Positions 1 through 8,497 of a DNA stretch of 11,254 bases are shown piece by piece. The position numbers were made by a program, and so were the translations under genes. Position 1 is the first letter of the stretch. Each line of letters opens with the position of its first letter. This DNA comes from an uncultured bacterium (GTDB taxonomy: Bacteria; CSSED10-310; CAZUFC01), in NCBI GenBank assembly GCA_964619725.1, contig CAZUFC010000003.1:38409-49662 (forward strand). The letters are read 5' to 3'. Below the pieces are notes generated by a model. It was given only the letters and a program-made list of their open reading frames with translations. It was not told the DNA's origin and made no database searches.

Positions 1-1630
1 CGCAATGGGTCCGGAAGGCAATACCGGTCCGATGGGTCCTCAAGGCGAAACCGGCACAATGGGTCCAATAGGCAATACCGGTCCGATGGGTCCTCAAGGC
101 GATACCGGCACAATGGGACCGATGGGTCCGCAAGGCGATACCGGCACAATGGGTCCGATGGGTCCTCAGGGCGATACGGGTTCAATGGGACCGGAAGGCG
201 ATACAGGCCCGATGGGTCCGGAAGGACCAACAGGCCCTCAGGGCGATACCGGCCCGACGGCAGGTTTGGATATGCAATTTATTTACAATGATGCCGGCAG
301 CGCTGCAGGCGCTGAAGTATATTACGACAAGACGGCAGGATATGTGGGCATCGGTACCGATATGCCTCTAGCTGAATTGGATGTGCACGGCGATCTGGGT
401 TTAAGCGGTTCGTCCCGTGAAATCTTCTTCGGCAGCGCCGCGAATATTTCCGGAACCACGGGATTAGATTTAATCATCGACAGCGACGACAATTCGACCA
501 GCAGTGAATTTCGCGTTAAAAGAAACGGAGACGGGTCTGAAGTTATCCTGACCGTGCAGGAGAATGGAGAAATCGGCGTAGGCGTAGCTAATCCGGACTA
601 TGAACTGGATGTTGCCGGAACCGTTAATGCCCAGCAATATTATCTGAACGGCGGTCCCTGGTCGGGTCCGACCGGCCCTCAAGGCGACACCGGTCCGATG
701 GGTCTGCAGGGCGACACCGGCCCCATGGGTCCGACCGGCCCACAGGGCGACACCGGTCCGACCGGTCCTCAAGGCGACACTGGCCCCATGGGTCCGACCG
801 GCCCTCAAGGCGACACGGGTCCGATGGGTTTGACCGGTCCTCCTGGTGAAACCGGCCCGGTGGGACCGACAGGACCTCAGGGCGATACCGGTCCGATGGG
901 TCCGATAGGTCCGATAGGGCTCCAAGGCGACACCGGCCCGATGGGTCCGACGGGTCCTCAAGGCGATACCGGCCCTGAAGGACCTGTAGCCGGCAGCGAT
1001 ATGCAGGTTATTTACAATAATGACGGCGCTGCTGCAGGCGCTGAAATTTACTATGACGACGCAACGGAAAACGTCGGCATCGGAACCTCGACGCCTCAGC
1101 AAAAGGCGCATGTTTCCGGCGTCCTCAGATTGGAACCCCAGAGCTCTGCTCCGTCAGGAGATCAGGGCGATCTTTATGCAGGGACTGACGGCTATCTTTA
1201 TTTCAACAACGGAGACGGTTGGTCCGCTCTGTGTCTGGACAATTGTCTGGGAGAAGCCGTGCACATCACCGGTTATTGGGGAGACTGGTCGAATCTGCAT
1301 CTGGCTGAAGATAATGACTGGAGCACCGCTGCAAGCGTAAGCAGCCCCAATAAGGTTTTCTATGCGACTCATCCCTATAATGGCGTCGGCGCCAGAAACT
1401 GGAAATTCAAGTATTCCTGCGGAGGCGGCGGACAGAACATCGGTTTTCAATGCTGGGATTATGTGAATTCTCAATGGGTTACGGTTCATTCCGACTCATG
1501 TTTCGGCGTGCCGGCTACAACCGTTACGAAGAGCATTCCCAGCAATTGCCTTGAGAATCCACTGCAGTTCAAGATCATATCATGTTGGAGCAACAGCTAC
1601 TACGAAGGAGAAGTCCTTTGTCCTGAATAA
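1..1630 (+). CDS. Collagen-like modular fibre/adhesin protein, 5'-truncated (C-terminal part)
   Basis: The frame is open from the window edge (c GCA ATG continues the G-X-Y register), so the ATG at 5 is probably internal. It has 28 Gly-X-Y triplets (8-259) and 36 triplets (665-988). Each tract is followed by a module ending VGIGT, with 'LDVHG', 'LDVAG' and 'AHVSG' fibre-type motifs. It ends in a Cys-rich domain with stop TAA at 1628-1630. Confidence 0.9.
   Translation, partial: AMGPEGNTGPMGPQGETGTMGPIGNTGPMGPQGDTGTMGPMGPQGDTGTMGPMGPQGDTGSMGPEGDTGPMGPEGPTGPQGDTGPTAGLDMQFIYNDAGSAAGAEVYYDKTAGYVGIGTDMPLAELDVHGDLGLSGSSREIFFGSAANISGTTGLDLIIDSDDNSTSSEFRVKRNGDGSEVILTVQENGEIGVGVANPDYELDVAGTVNAQQYYLNGGPWSGPTGPQGDTGPMGLQGDTGPMGPTGPQGDTGPTGPQGDTGPMGPTGPQGDTGPMGLTGPPGETGPVGPTGPQGDTGPMGPIGPIGLQGDTGPMGPTGPQGDTGPEGPVAGSDMQVIYNNDGAAAGAEIYYDDATENVGIGTSTPQQKAHVSGVLRLEPQSSAPSGDQGDLYAGTDGYLYFNNGDGWSALCLDNCLGEAVHITGYWGDWSNLHLAEDNDWSTAASVSSPNKVFYATHPYNGVGARNWKFKYSCGGGGQNIGFQCWDYVNSQWVTVHSDSCFGVPATTVTKSIPSNCLENPLQFKIISCWSNSYYEGEVLCPE
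8..259 (+). repeat. Collagen Gly-X-Y tract 1 (at least 28 triplets; GPM/GPQ/GDT)
   Basis: Uninterrupted 9-nt periodicity, e.g. ggtccgatg ggtcctcaa ggcgatacc. Confidence 0.95.
665..988 (+). repeat. Collagen Gly-X-Y tract 2 (36 triplets; [12 protein letters not shown])
   Basis: Uninterrupted G-X-Y from GPT (665) to GPV (988). Confidence 0.95.
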
Positions 1631-1701
1631 ATAAACAGAAAACAGAAAAGAAGAGTTCATTGAATATTTGAAGCTCCTCTTTTCAAAGATAGTGCTATTG
1701 T

Positions 1702-1730
1702 AAGACCCTGCTTCATGCGGGGTCTTTTTT
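1702..1730 (+). terminator. Rho-independent terminator after the fibre gene
   Basis: aagaccctgc-ttcat-gcggggtctt forms a 10 bp stem with one G-U pair and runs into a T tract, about 70 nt after the stop. Confidence 0.85.
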
Positions 1731-1830
1731 GTATTGCAGACTTTAATGATGTAACAGAAGGGGACAGAAGAAAATCATTTTGACAACGCATGCCTGGTCG
1801 AGTAGATTCCCCCCGGAAGGGAGACGCTGC

Positions 1831-3339
1831 ATGAAATTGGAATCATTGCTTCAGGATTTGCGGGAGCATTTTACCGACCTGGAGATCGAGGGTTCGACGG
1901 TAAGAGAAATAACAGGCATCAGTTGTCGGCCGGAAGAGTGGATGCCGGGAGGGCTGTTCGTCGCGGTAAAGGCTTTTTTATCCTACAATCAATGGATCGA
2001 CGGGAATAAACTGGTGCAGGATTCCCTGAAACACGGCATAAAAGCGGTGGTGGCGGAAAAAGGAGTAAAATTCGATGTTCCGGGAGACGTAACTTTCATA
2101 AGGCTGGGGCGCCCCCGCAAAGCGCTGGCGATCCTGGCGGCTTCCTTTTACGGTAAACCTTTCCAGGCGATGAAGACCATTGGGGTAACGGGAACCAACG
2201 GTAAGACGACCACGGCACATCTGCTTTCAAGGATGTTCAATGAATCGGGAATTTCCGCAGGCGTATTGGGTACCGTCGGTTATTTCTGGAAGGACAGAAA
2301 TATCCCGGCCGTTTACACTACCCCTCTGGCCTCCGAACTGCACAAACTGGGTCACGAGATGAGAAGGGACGGAGTATCGGTTGCAGTTATGGAGGTATCA
2401 TCGCACGCTATCGACCTGGACCGCGTATACGGCCTTCCTTTTAATATAGGCATCTTTACAAATTTGACCCAGGATCATCTGGATTATCACCATACGATGA
2501 AGAATTACCTGGACGTCAAGCTCAGGCTTTTCAGAAATCTGAAACCAGGTGCGGATTTCCCGAACGCTGCAGTCGTCAATGGAGATGACCCTCATGCAAC
2601 CAGTTTTATTAAGGCTTCCTCCGTCAAAACTCTGACCTATGGAACCGCCGATAATCTTGACTTTTACGCCCGGTGCATAAAATCATCCTTACAAGGTTCG
2701 GAATTCGATTTGATCGCGTCTGATCAGGGTTCGATCAGAATTCGAACGCCTATGGCCGGACATTTTAATCTCTATAACGTTCTGGCGGCATTTGCCGCTG
2801 CAGTGCATGCCGGATTACCGGCCGAATGTCTTGTTGAGACGATAAAACATTTCAGGGGCGTTCCCGGTCGATTTGAAACGGTAAAAAACTCCGGCGGTTT
2901 TTTAATCATCATCGACTACGCCCATACGCCGGATGCTTTAAAAAGAGTTATCGAAACGGTCAGAGCCCTCCCGATCAACAGACTCATCACGGTTTTCGGC
3001 TGCGGCGGGGATCGAGATAAGTCCAAACGCCCCATTATGGGCGGCATTGCAGAAAAATTTTCGGACAAAACGATATTGACGTCGGATAATCCAAGAACAG
3101 AAGACCCTCTAAAAATTATTCAGGATATAGACAGCGGCGTTTCTGACAAGCGCCGGAGAATGATACTCGCCGACAGGCGGGAAGCTATTGCCCAGGCCGT
3201 CAAAGAAGCCGGTAAAAACGATGCGATTCTTATTGCCGGAAAAGGACATGAAAATTATCAGATTGTAGGAACTGAAAAGTTCCCTTTCATCGATAAAGAA
3301 GAGGTATCGAGGGCGTTGGCAGATGCTGGACTGGCCTGA
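1831..3339 (+). CDS. murE: UDP-N-acetylmuramoyl-L-alanyl-D-glutamate--2,6-diaminopimelate ligase (MurE)
   Basis: P-loop GVTGTNGKTT, plus TTP, MEVSSH, FTNLTQDHLDYH, GRFE, DYAHTPDAL, VFGCGGDRD, TSDNPRTEDP (DNPR is the meso-DAP-type motif) and AGKGHE. ATG at 1831, preceded by ggaagggag, is preferred over the TTG at 1780. Confidence 0.93.
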   Translation: MKLESLLQDLREHFTDLEIEGSTVREITGISCRPEEWMPGGLFVAVKAFLSYNQWIDGNKLVQDSLKHGIKAVVAEKGVKFDVPGDVTFIRLGRPRKALAILAASFYGKPFQAMKTIGVTGTNGKTTTAHLLSRMFNESGISAGVLGTVGYFWKDRNIPAVYTTPLASELHKLGHEMRRDGVSVAVMEVSSHAIDLDRVYGLPFNIGIFTNLTQDHLDYHHTMKNYLDVKLRLFRNLKPGADFPNAAVVNGDDPHATSFIKASSVKTLTYGTADNLDFYARCIKSSLQGSEFDLIASDQGSIRIRTPMAGHFNLYNVLAAFAAAVHAGLPAECLVETIKHFRGVPGRFETVKNSGGFLIIIDYAHTPDALKRVIETVRALPINRLITVFGCGGDRDKSKRPIMGGIAEKFSDKTILTSDNPRTEDPLKIIQDIDSGVSDKRRRMILADRREAIAQAVKEAGKNDAILIAGKGHENYQIVGTEKFPFIDKEEVSRALADAGLA

Positions 3340-3351
3340 TCGTTTACCATT

Positions 3352-4044
3352 TCATTTCCCTCTTTTGTTCAGCGTTTTAATTCCATCCTTACCGGCGATT
3401 ATCAGCAAATCCGCCATGTCCACGAAAAGTCCGCATTCAATGACCCCGGGGATGAGATTCAGTCGTCGTTCCAATTCTGCCGCATCAGGAATGCTTCGGA
3501 AACGGCAATCGAGTATCATATTTCCATTATCAGTTTTAAAGAAATCATCTTTGTCTATACGGGGCTCCACCTCCGCTCCCAGATTCCTGATCTGTCGTGC
3601 GGTCGCCTGCCAGCCGAAAAGCGCCGCTTCAACCGGCAGAGGAAATGCGCCCAAAGTATCAACCATTTTCGAATCGTCGATGATGATGCAATAACGCCGG
3701 CTGTTCCTGGCGGTTATTTTTTCCCTCAGCAAAGCGCCTCCTCCGCCTTTAATCAGGCAAAAATCGCCGTTTGCTTCGTCTGCCCCATCTACTGTAATGT
3801 CAAGCATCTCAATTCTGTCAAAACCTGTCAGTTGAATGCCTGCTTCCCGCGCCAGTTTTTCCGCTTCAATCGAAGTCGGTATGCCCCGGATCGGAAAATT
3901 CTCATCTATTTTGTTCCCTAAAAAGCGGATAAACCAGGCGGCCGTCGAGCCGGTACCCAAGCCTACGGTCATTCCGGGTTTTACATACGCTACAGCAGCT
4001 TTTGCCGCTTGTTTCTTTAATTCATCTTGCGACTTTTTCTGCAT
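3352..4044 (-). CDS. rpiA: Ribose-5-phosphate isomerase A
   Basis: Motifs VGLGTGST, IPTS, DGADE, IKGGGGALLREKI, TDNGN and IPGVIECGLF. Strong RBS AGAGGAGG upstream. Confidence 0.97.
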   Translation of the reverse strand: MQKKSQDELKKQAAKAAVAYVKPGMTVGLGTGSTAAWFIRFLGNKIDENFPIRGIPTSIEAEKLAREAGIQLTGFDRIEMLDITVDGADEANGDFCLIKGGGGALLREKITARNSRRYCIIIDDSKMVDTLGAFPLPVEAALFGWQATARQIRNLGAEVEPRIDKDDFFKTDNGNMILDCRFRSIPDAAELERRLNLIPGVIECGLFVDMADLLIIAGKDGIKTLNKRGK

Positions 4045-4076
4045 GGCAAACCTCCTCTATATATCCTTGAAATTCA

Positions 4077-4105
4077 ATTATAGCCGCAAAACCTCCCGGG
4101 TTCAA
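4077..4105 (-). promoter_or_regulatory. Putative sigma70 promoter of rpiA
   Basis: Minus strand TTGAAC (4105-4100), 17 nt spacer, TATAAT (4082-4077), lying 33 nt upstream of the ATG. Confidence 0.7.
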
Positions 4106-4391
4106 CCGCTTCTCTCGCATACGTATTCAAACCTTTCCCCGGCTGCCGCATAGCAATTGATTATATGGAGATTACCGGCTTTCCTGCTGAGAATCGAAAT
4201 GGATTTGCCGTTGTCTGCAAGATGATGGAAAAATGAAATCACCGAAAGAGGAAATATGGAACAACAGAATGATGAGCTGTCGTTTAATCAGCATTCCCCG
4301 TCTTCCGTCTTAGAAGTCTCAGAATAAAAATTTGGGACTGATCAAATCTTGGTTACACTTCTTTCAAAACGTTTGACAGTTTTTTTCAGTA

Positions 4392-4445
4392 ATCGGTATC
4401 GGGGTCGGTATCGGCATCGGTATCGCAATCGTGATCGAAATCGAA
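4392..4445. repeat. Degenerate hexamer tandem array (ATCGNN) x9
   Basis: atcggt atcggg gtcggt atcggc atcggt atcgca atcgtg atcgaa atcgaa; the TCG core is invariant in all 9 units. Confidence 0.9.
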
Positions 4446-4501
4446 ACAAAATGACAGACGATTCTGTCGAATTGTAACCTCAAAAGAGGCTTTTTTGATC
4501 A

Positions 4502-4645
4502 ATGCCAAAAATTTATATAAAAAATGGAAAACCGGCGGCGTTTTTGCTCGTCGAGAATGGAAAGCCTGAAAAAGGTAGGATTTATCATTGGTGGGATATC
4601 GAAAAGATGGAAGCTCAGGTAATCGAAATTGGTTTTTCGACTTGA
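4502..4645 (+). CDS. Possible small protein (47 aa) or gene remnant
   Basis: MPKIYIKNGKPAAFLLVENGKPEKGRIYHWWDIEKMEAQVIEIGFST*. AGAGG lies about 12 nt upstream. It is below the ORF-track cutoff and I recognise no family. Confidence 0.3.
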   Translation: MPKIYIKNGKPAAFLLVENGKPEKGRIYHWWDIEKMEAQVIEIGFST

Positions 4646-4833
4646 TGGAAAGAAAAATGAATTGATGGAGTTCATGCTAAGTCCTGCATCCGACAAGATA
4701 TGTGAACTGTCATGAGAAATATTCGTCAGGACAGCCCCGCTGAACTCACTACACGCGACAAGCATTGAGGGGGGGCCGCCGGTTTCCATTTTTTAGTCAA
4801 AGTTAATAACCGTCCTTTCCAGGGAACGGAAGA

Positions 4834-5325
4834 TTATTCCTCATCATCCCAAAATAAAAGGTAAGGCGGTTTTTCGCTTTCAGGGGGATTGATGTCCGGT
4901 ATATTGCTTCTGTCTGACACTTCAATCACGACGTCGAGATTGGACGATGCGTAATCGCCTAAATTATAAACCGTACTGTCGCCGAAATAAGAAATCGTTA
5001 CGTCTTTTTCGTCGTTGTAGGCTGATTGCGGAAAAGTGACCGTGGCATAATTGGCGCCGAATGTCACCGTTCCTCCCGTAACGGTAAGGTCATAATCGAA
5101 GCCGGAAAGACTGTCTACCGTATACTGTCTCTGGGTTGTACCCATCGTGGTCGAGGATGCATCTTCCAACGTGATGGATACGCTTCCGTATGAATCCTCA
5201 TTGTTCCAGAGAACCGTGCCGCCGATATAATCCTCGTAGATTTTCGTCATGTCCACAATACGACAATCCGCCGGAGAGCCTGGCTGACGCATCCCGCCGC
5301 CCTTAATTATGAATCTCAAAGCCAT
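4834..5325 (-). CDS. Hypothetical protein (163 aa, acidic, Thr/Ser/Gly-rich, probably beta-sheet)
   Basis: The ATG at 5325 is preceded by GAAAGGAG, a better start than the 5400 one in the track. Composition is protein-like; no motif or signal peptide recognised. Confidence 0.7.
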   Translation of the reverse strand: MALRFIIKGGGMRQPGSPADCRIVDMTKIYEDYIGGTVLWNNEDSYGSVSITLEDASSTTMGTTQRQYTVDSLSGFDYDLTVTGGTVTFGANYATVTFPQSAYNDEKDVTISYFGDSTVYNLGDYASSNLDVVIEVSDRSNIPDINPPESEKPPYLLFWDDEE

Positions 5326-5688
5326 CGTCCTGCTCCTTTCAGTCATAGCGATCAAGCCGCTGAAAATAAATAAAATTTCGAAAAGGAACCTCACCGGCAA
5401 TTCAATTCAAAGGCCCCTATATATATAGACGTATTTTTTGCCCAATTTTCGCACTTCTTTTTTTGAAAATTTTAAAAATATTTGATTTTTTTGTTTCCTT
5501 TGAAGCATAAATGTATCTAACTAATTGTAAACATTGTTCCGAAACTGATTCGTTCGGAATGAATGATTTTATGAAAAAAATTTCATTGCGGAGATGGATA
5601 GAGGTTTTGATTTTCAGCATGACCTCATGAGATGTTGCATTCGATCAAGGAGGAAAAACCTCAAAAAGGGAAAGGAAGGACTTAAAAA

Positions 5689-7845
5689 ATGACTGTTAAA
5701 AGTAATGAGCGAGGATTTGAAGGACCTGGGAAAGGGGATTCTGATTCGAAGAAGAAAAAATTGAACAAACTTCAATACGAGAAGAGTCCATATTTGCTTC
5801 AGCATGCTTCTAATCCGGTAAACTGGCATTCCTGGTCGGATGAGGCTTTTGAGAAGGCGGCGAAGGAGAGCAAGCCGATATTTTTATCGATCGGGTATTC
5901 CACGTGTCACTGGTGCCATATAATGGAGGCTGAATCATTTGAGGACGAAGAAGTAAGTCGGTTGCTGAATGAGAATTTCATCAATGTGAAAGTGGACAGG
6001 GAGGAGCGGCCGGACATAGATAAAATATACATGGATGTTTGCGTTATGATGACCGGAAGCGGCGGATGGCCTCTTACCGTGGTGACGACGCCCGACAAAA
6101 AACCCTTTTTTGCCGGGACTTATTTTCCCCGGAATGATAAATATGGAAAAATAGGATTAATCACACTTTTGAAAAGAATCAGCGATATATGGAATTCACG
6201 CCGGAAAGAAGCCCACGATGCGGCAGACAAAATAACGAATTTGTTGCGCGAATTCAGGCTTAAACCTTCCGGGGAGGATGCGGAGGAATCGGTCTTACGG
6301 GCGGCTTATCACAATTTTGAGCGGACATTTGACGAGCGTAACGGCGGATTCGGGGCAGCGCCCAAGTTTCCGAGTCCTCATAATTTCCTGTTTCTATTGC
6401 GCTACTGGGATAGGACGGGACAGGAAAAAGCGTTGGAAATGACGAAAAAAAGTCTGAGACGAATGCGTTATGGAGGAGTATACGATCATCTAGGATTCGG
6501 CTTTCATCGATATTCAACCGATAATGAATGGCTCGTCCCTCATTTCGAAAAAATGCTCTACGATCAAGCCATGATGACAATGGCTTTCACAAATGCTTAT
6601 CGAACTGCTCATGATGATTTTTTTCGGAAAACTTCTGAGGAAATTTTGACTTATGTTCTCAGAGATATGACTTCTCTGGAAGGAGCTTTTTATTCCGCTG
6701 AAGACGCTGACAGCGAAGGCAGGGAAGGCGAATTCTATTTATGGACGGAGGATGAGTTAAAACGAATTCTGGATGACGACGAATTTCATATTGCTGCAAC
6801 ACATTATAATTGCAGCGCTCAAGGCAATTTTACCGATCCTTTTGATTCTTCCGGACTACAAAAAAATATCCTCTATATGAAGAATTCAAAAAAAATTACG
6901 GCCGAGAAGCTGGGATTATCCATTGAAGAATTTAACGGAAAAATTGAAGGAATACGCAGGAAATTGTTCCTGGAAAGGGAAGAAAGAATACATCCGCATA
7001 AAGATGATAAAATACTTGCTGATTGGAACGGCCTGATGATAGCCGCTTTTGCTGAAGCCGGCAGGGTCTTCCGGAAAGAAAGGTATATTCGTGCGGCGGA
7101 AAAGGCTGCGAATTTTATTTTCGATAATCTTTTCGATCCTTCGGGTCGAATGCTGCACCGGTACCGGGATGGAGAAGCAGCCGTAACAGCTCATCTGGAC
7201 GATTATTCTTTTTTCATCTGGGGCTTGCTTGAATTGTACGAAGCGACATTCAATGCTGAGTATCTTGGGAAGGCAATAAAACTAATGAATGTTTCGATTG
7301 AGGATTTCTGGGATGATGCTTCAGGCGCTTTTTATTTCACTTCAGAAAAGGAAGAAGAATTCCTTGTAAGGAAAAAAGAGATTCATGACGGCGCTGTTCC
7401 CTCTGGAAATTCCGTAGCTCTCATGAATTTGCAGAAACTCGGTCGAATAACCGGAAACGCTGAATTTACGGATAAAGCGGCAATCACGGAACGACTTTAT
7501 GTTGAAACTCTCAAGAAAGCGCCGACTAGTTCTGCTCAAATGCTGACTGCATTGGATTATCGTCTGGGACCCTCATTTGAAATTGTGATAGTAGGTGAGA
7601 GGGGCGAAGAGTCGACAGAAAAATTAATTGATGTCGTGAGGGAAGTCGGAATATTCAGAAAAGCGGTCATTTTTAAGACCGCAAACGATGAAACGGATGA
7701 GATAAATAGTCTGGCGCCTTTTGTACGTTCCTATGGGTCGTTGGACGGCAAAGCTGCAGTTTACGTATGCCGGGATCAGAAATGCAGTTTGCCTGTTGCA
7801 GACCCTGATCAGCTCCGGGAAATGCTGATGAATCCTTCGGTTTAA
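5689..7845 (+). CDS. yyaL: Thioredoxin-domain protein with (alpha/alpha)6 barrel, YyaL/SPATA20 (DUF255) family
   Basis: Motifs [21 protein letters not shown] (CxxC), [49 protein letters not shown] and [16 protein letters not shown]-like aggaagga upstream. Confidence 0.93.
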   Translation: MTVKSNERGFEGPGKGDSDSKKKKLNKLQYEKSPYLLQHASNPVNWHSWSDEAFEKAAKESKPIFLSIGYSTCHWCHIMEAESFEDEEVSRLLNENFINVKVDREERPDIDKIYMDVCVMMTGSGGWPLTVVTTPDKKPFFAGTYFPRNDKYGKIGLITLLKRISDIWNSRRKEAHDAADKITNLLREFRLKPSGEDAEESVLRAAYHNFERTFDERNGGFGAAPKFPSPHNFLFLLRYWDRTGQEKALEMTKKSLRRMRYGGVYDHLGFGFHRYSTDNEWLVPHFEKMLYDQAMMTMAFTNAYRTAHDDFFRKTSEEILTYVLRDMTSLEGAFYSAEDADSEGREGEFYLWTEDELKRILDDDEFHIAATHYNCSAQGNFTDPFDSSGLQKNILYMKNSKKITAEKLGLSIEEFNGKIEGIRRKLFLEREERIHPHKDDKILADWNGLMIAAFAEAGRVFRKERYIRAAEKAANFIFDNLFDPSGRMLHRYRDGEAAVTAHLDDYSFFIWGLLELYEATFNAEYLGKAIKLMNVSIEDFWDDASGAFYFTSEKEEEFLVRKKEIHDGAVPSGNSVALMNLQKLGRITGNAEFTDKAAITERLYVETLKKAPTSSAQMLTALDYRLGPSFEIVIVGERGEESTEKLIDVVREVGIFRKAVIFKTANDETDEINSLAPFVRSYGSLDGKAAVYVCRDQKCSLPVADPDQLREMLMNPSV

Positions 7846-7962
7846 TAAGTTTAATTATAGGACTGATTTTCGTGAAAGTGAGATGCGGCGATGTTCAGAT
7901 TGGGCTTTTGGTCGTGTGAAGAATACTCCGGCAGAAGAGAGGTAAAAGCGATTGTTTAAAAT

Positions 7963-8469
7963 TCAGAAACGATATGTTAACGGACGGTTCAAGAGTTCAT
8001 CGGCGATCTTTTTGATGTCGCTCGTCTTATAGACCGGGATGCCGTTTGTTTCGATATCCTTATCGCTGACGCAAAACAGGATGTTGTCGTAAGGATCGGT
8101 TTCCTCATGCGGATTGAACTGATCGCTGCATATTATGATTTTCGGCAGGCCTTGTTTTGATTTATATCCTTCCAGTATTACGAAATCCATATCCGTCATG
8201 ACGTTGAAGCATATTAGAAGATGTTCGTCTTCAGAACGGGGGTAAAAAATGAATGAGCCTTTTCCGGAAATAAAGGCCGTTCGATCAGCGCCCGCTTCCC
8301 TGTGCCTGTAAGAATCGCTGCCGGTTTTGTCTACTTCGTATTCATTGACGGTATGTTTTACCGTGCCCACGGCCAATTCCATATTTTTGAAATGCCGGAT
8401 TAAAGCCTCGATAAATGACGTTTTTCCTGCTTTCTTTTTGCCTATAACCTGTATGACTTTCACTTTCAA
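7963..8469 (-). CDS. mobB: Molybdopterin-guanine dinucleotide biosynthesis protein B
   Basis: N-terminal P-loop GKKKAGKTS, plus VGTVKH, DKTGSDSYRHREAGA and DFVILEGYK. The start codon is uncertain (TTG 8469 or GTG 8463). Confidence 0.88.
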   Translation of the reverse strand: MKVKVIQVIGKKKAGKTSFIEALIRHFKNMELAVGTVKHTVNEYEVDKTGSDSYRHREAGADRTAFISGKGSFIFYPRSEDEHLLICFNVMTDMDFVILEGYKSKQGLPKIIICSDQFNPHEETDPYDNILFCVSDKDIETNGIPVYKTSDIKKIADELLNRPLTYRF

Positions 8470-8497
8470 TCGTTGCGCATGAAAAGGTTCAATTTCG

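Noticed and set aside
470..1489. ORFs 470-1111(-), 1020-1340(+) and 1154-1489(-)
   Set aside because: Shadow frames of the GC-rich repetitive fibre gene, with Arg/Thr-rich nonsense translations.
1..1630. Prophage tail-fibre locus or diversity-generating retroelement target
   Set aside because: No phage genes, reverse transcriptase or adenine-variant template repeat were seen in the window, and the paralogue has a Sec signal peptide.
1780..1830. TTG start extension of murE
   Set aside because: The ATG at 1831 has an RBS and matches the usual MKL... start of MurE.
3323..4153. Plus-strand ORFs 3323-3694 and 3836-4153
   Set aside because: Antisense to the well-supported rpiA.
4392..4445. Hexamer array as a CRISPR array
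   Set aside because: It has a 6-nt period with no repeat-spacer structure, and there are no cas genes.
4499..4789. 96-aa minus-strand ORF
   Set aside because: No clear RBS, atypical Phe/Ser-rich composition and no motif.
5417..5829. Minus-strand ORFs 5417-5620 and 5614-5829
   Set aside because: Low-complexity translations of an AT-rich promoter region, or antisense to yyaL.
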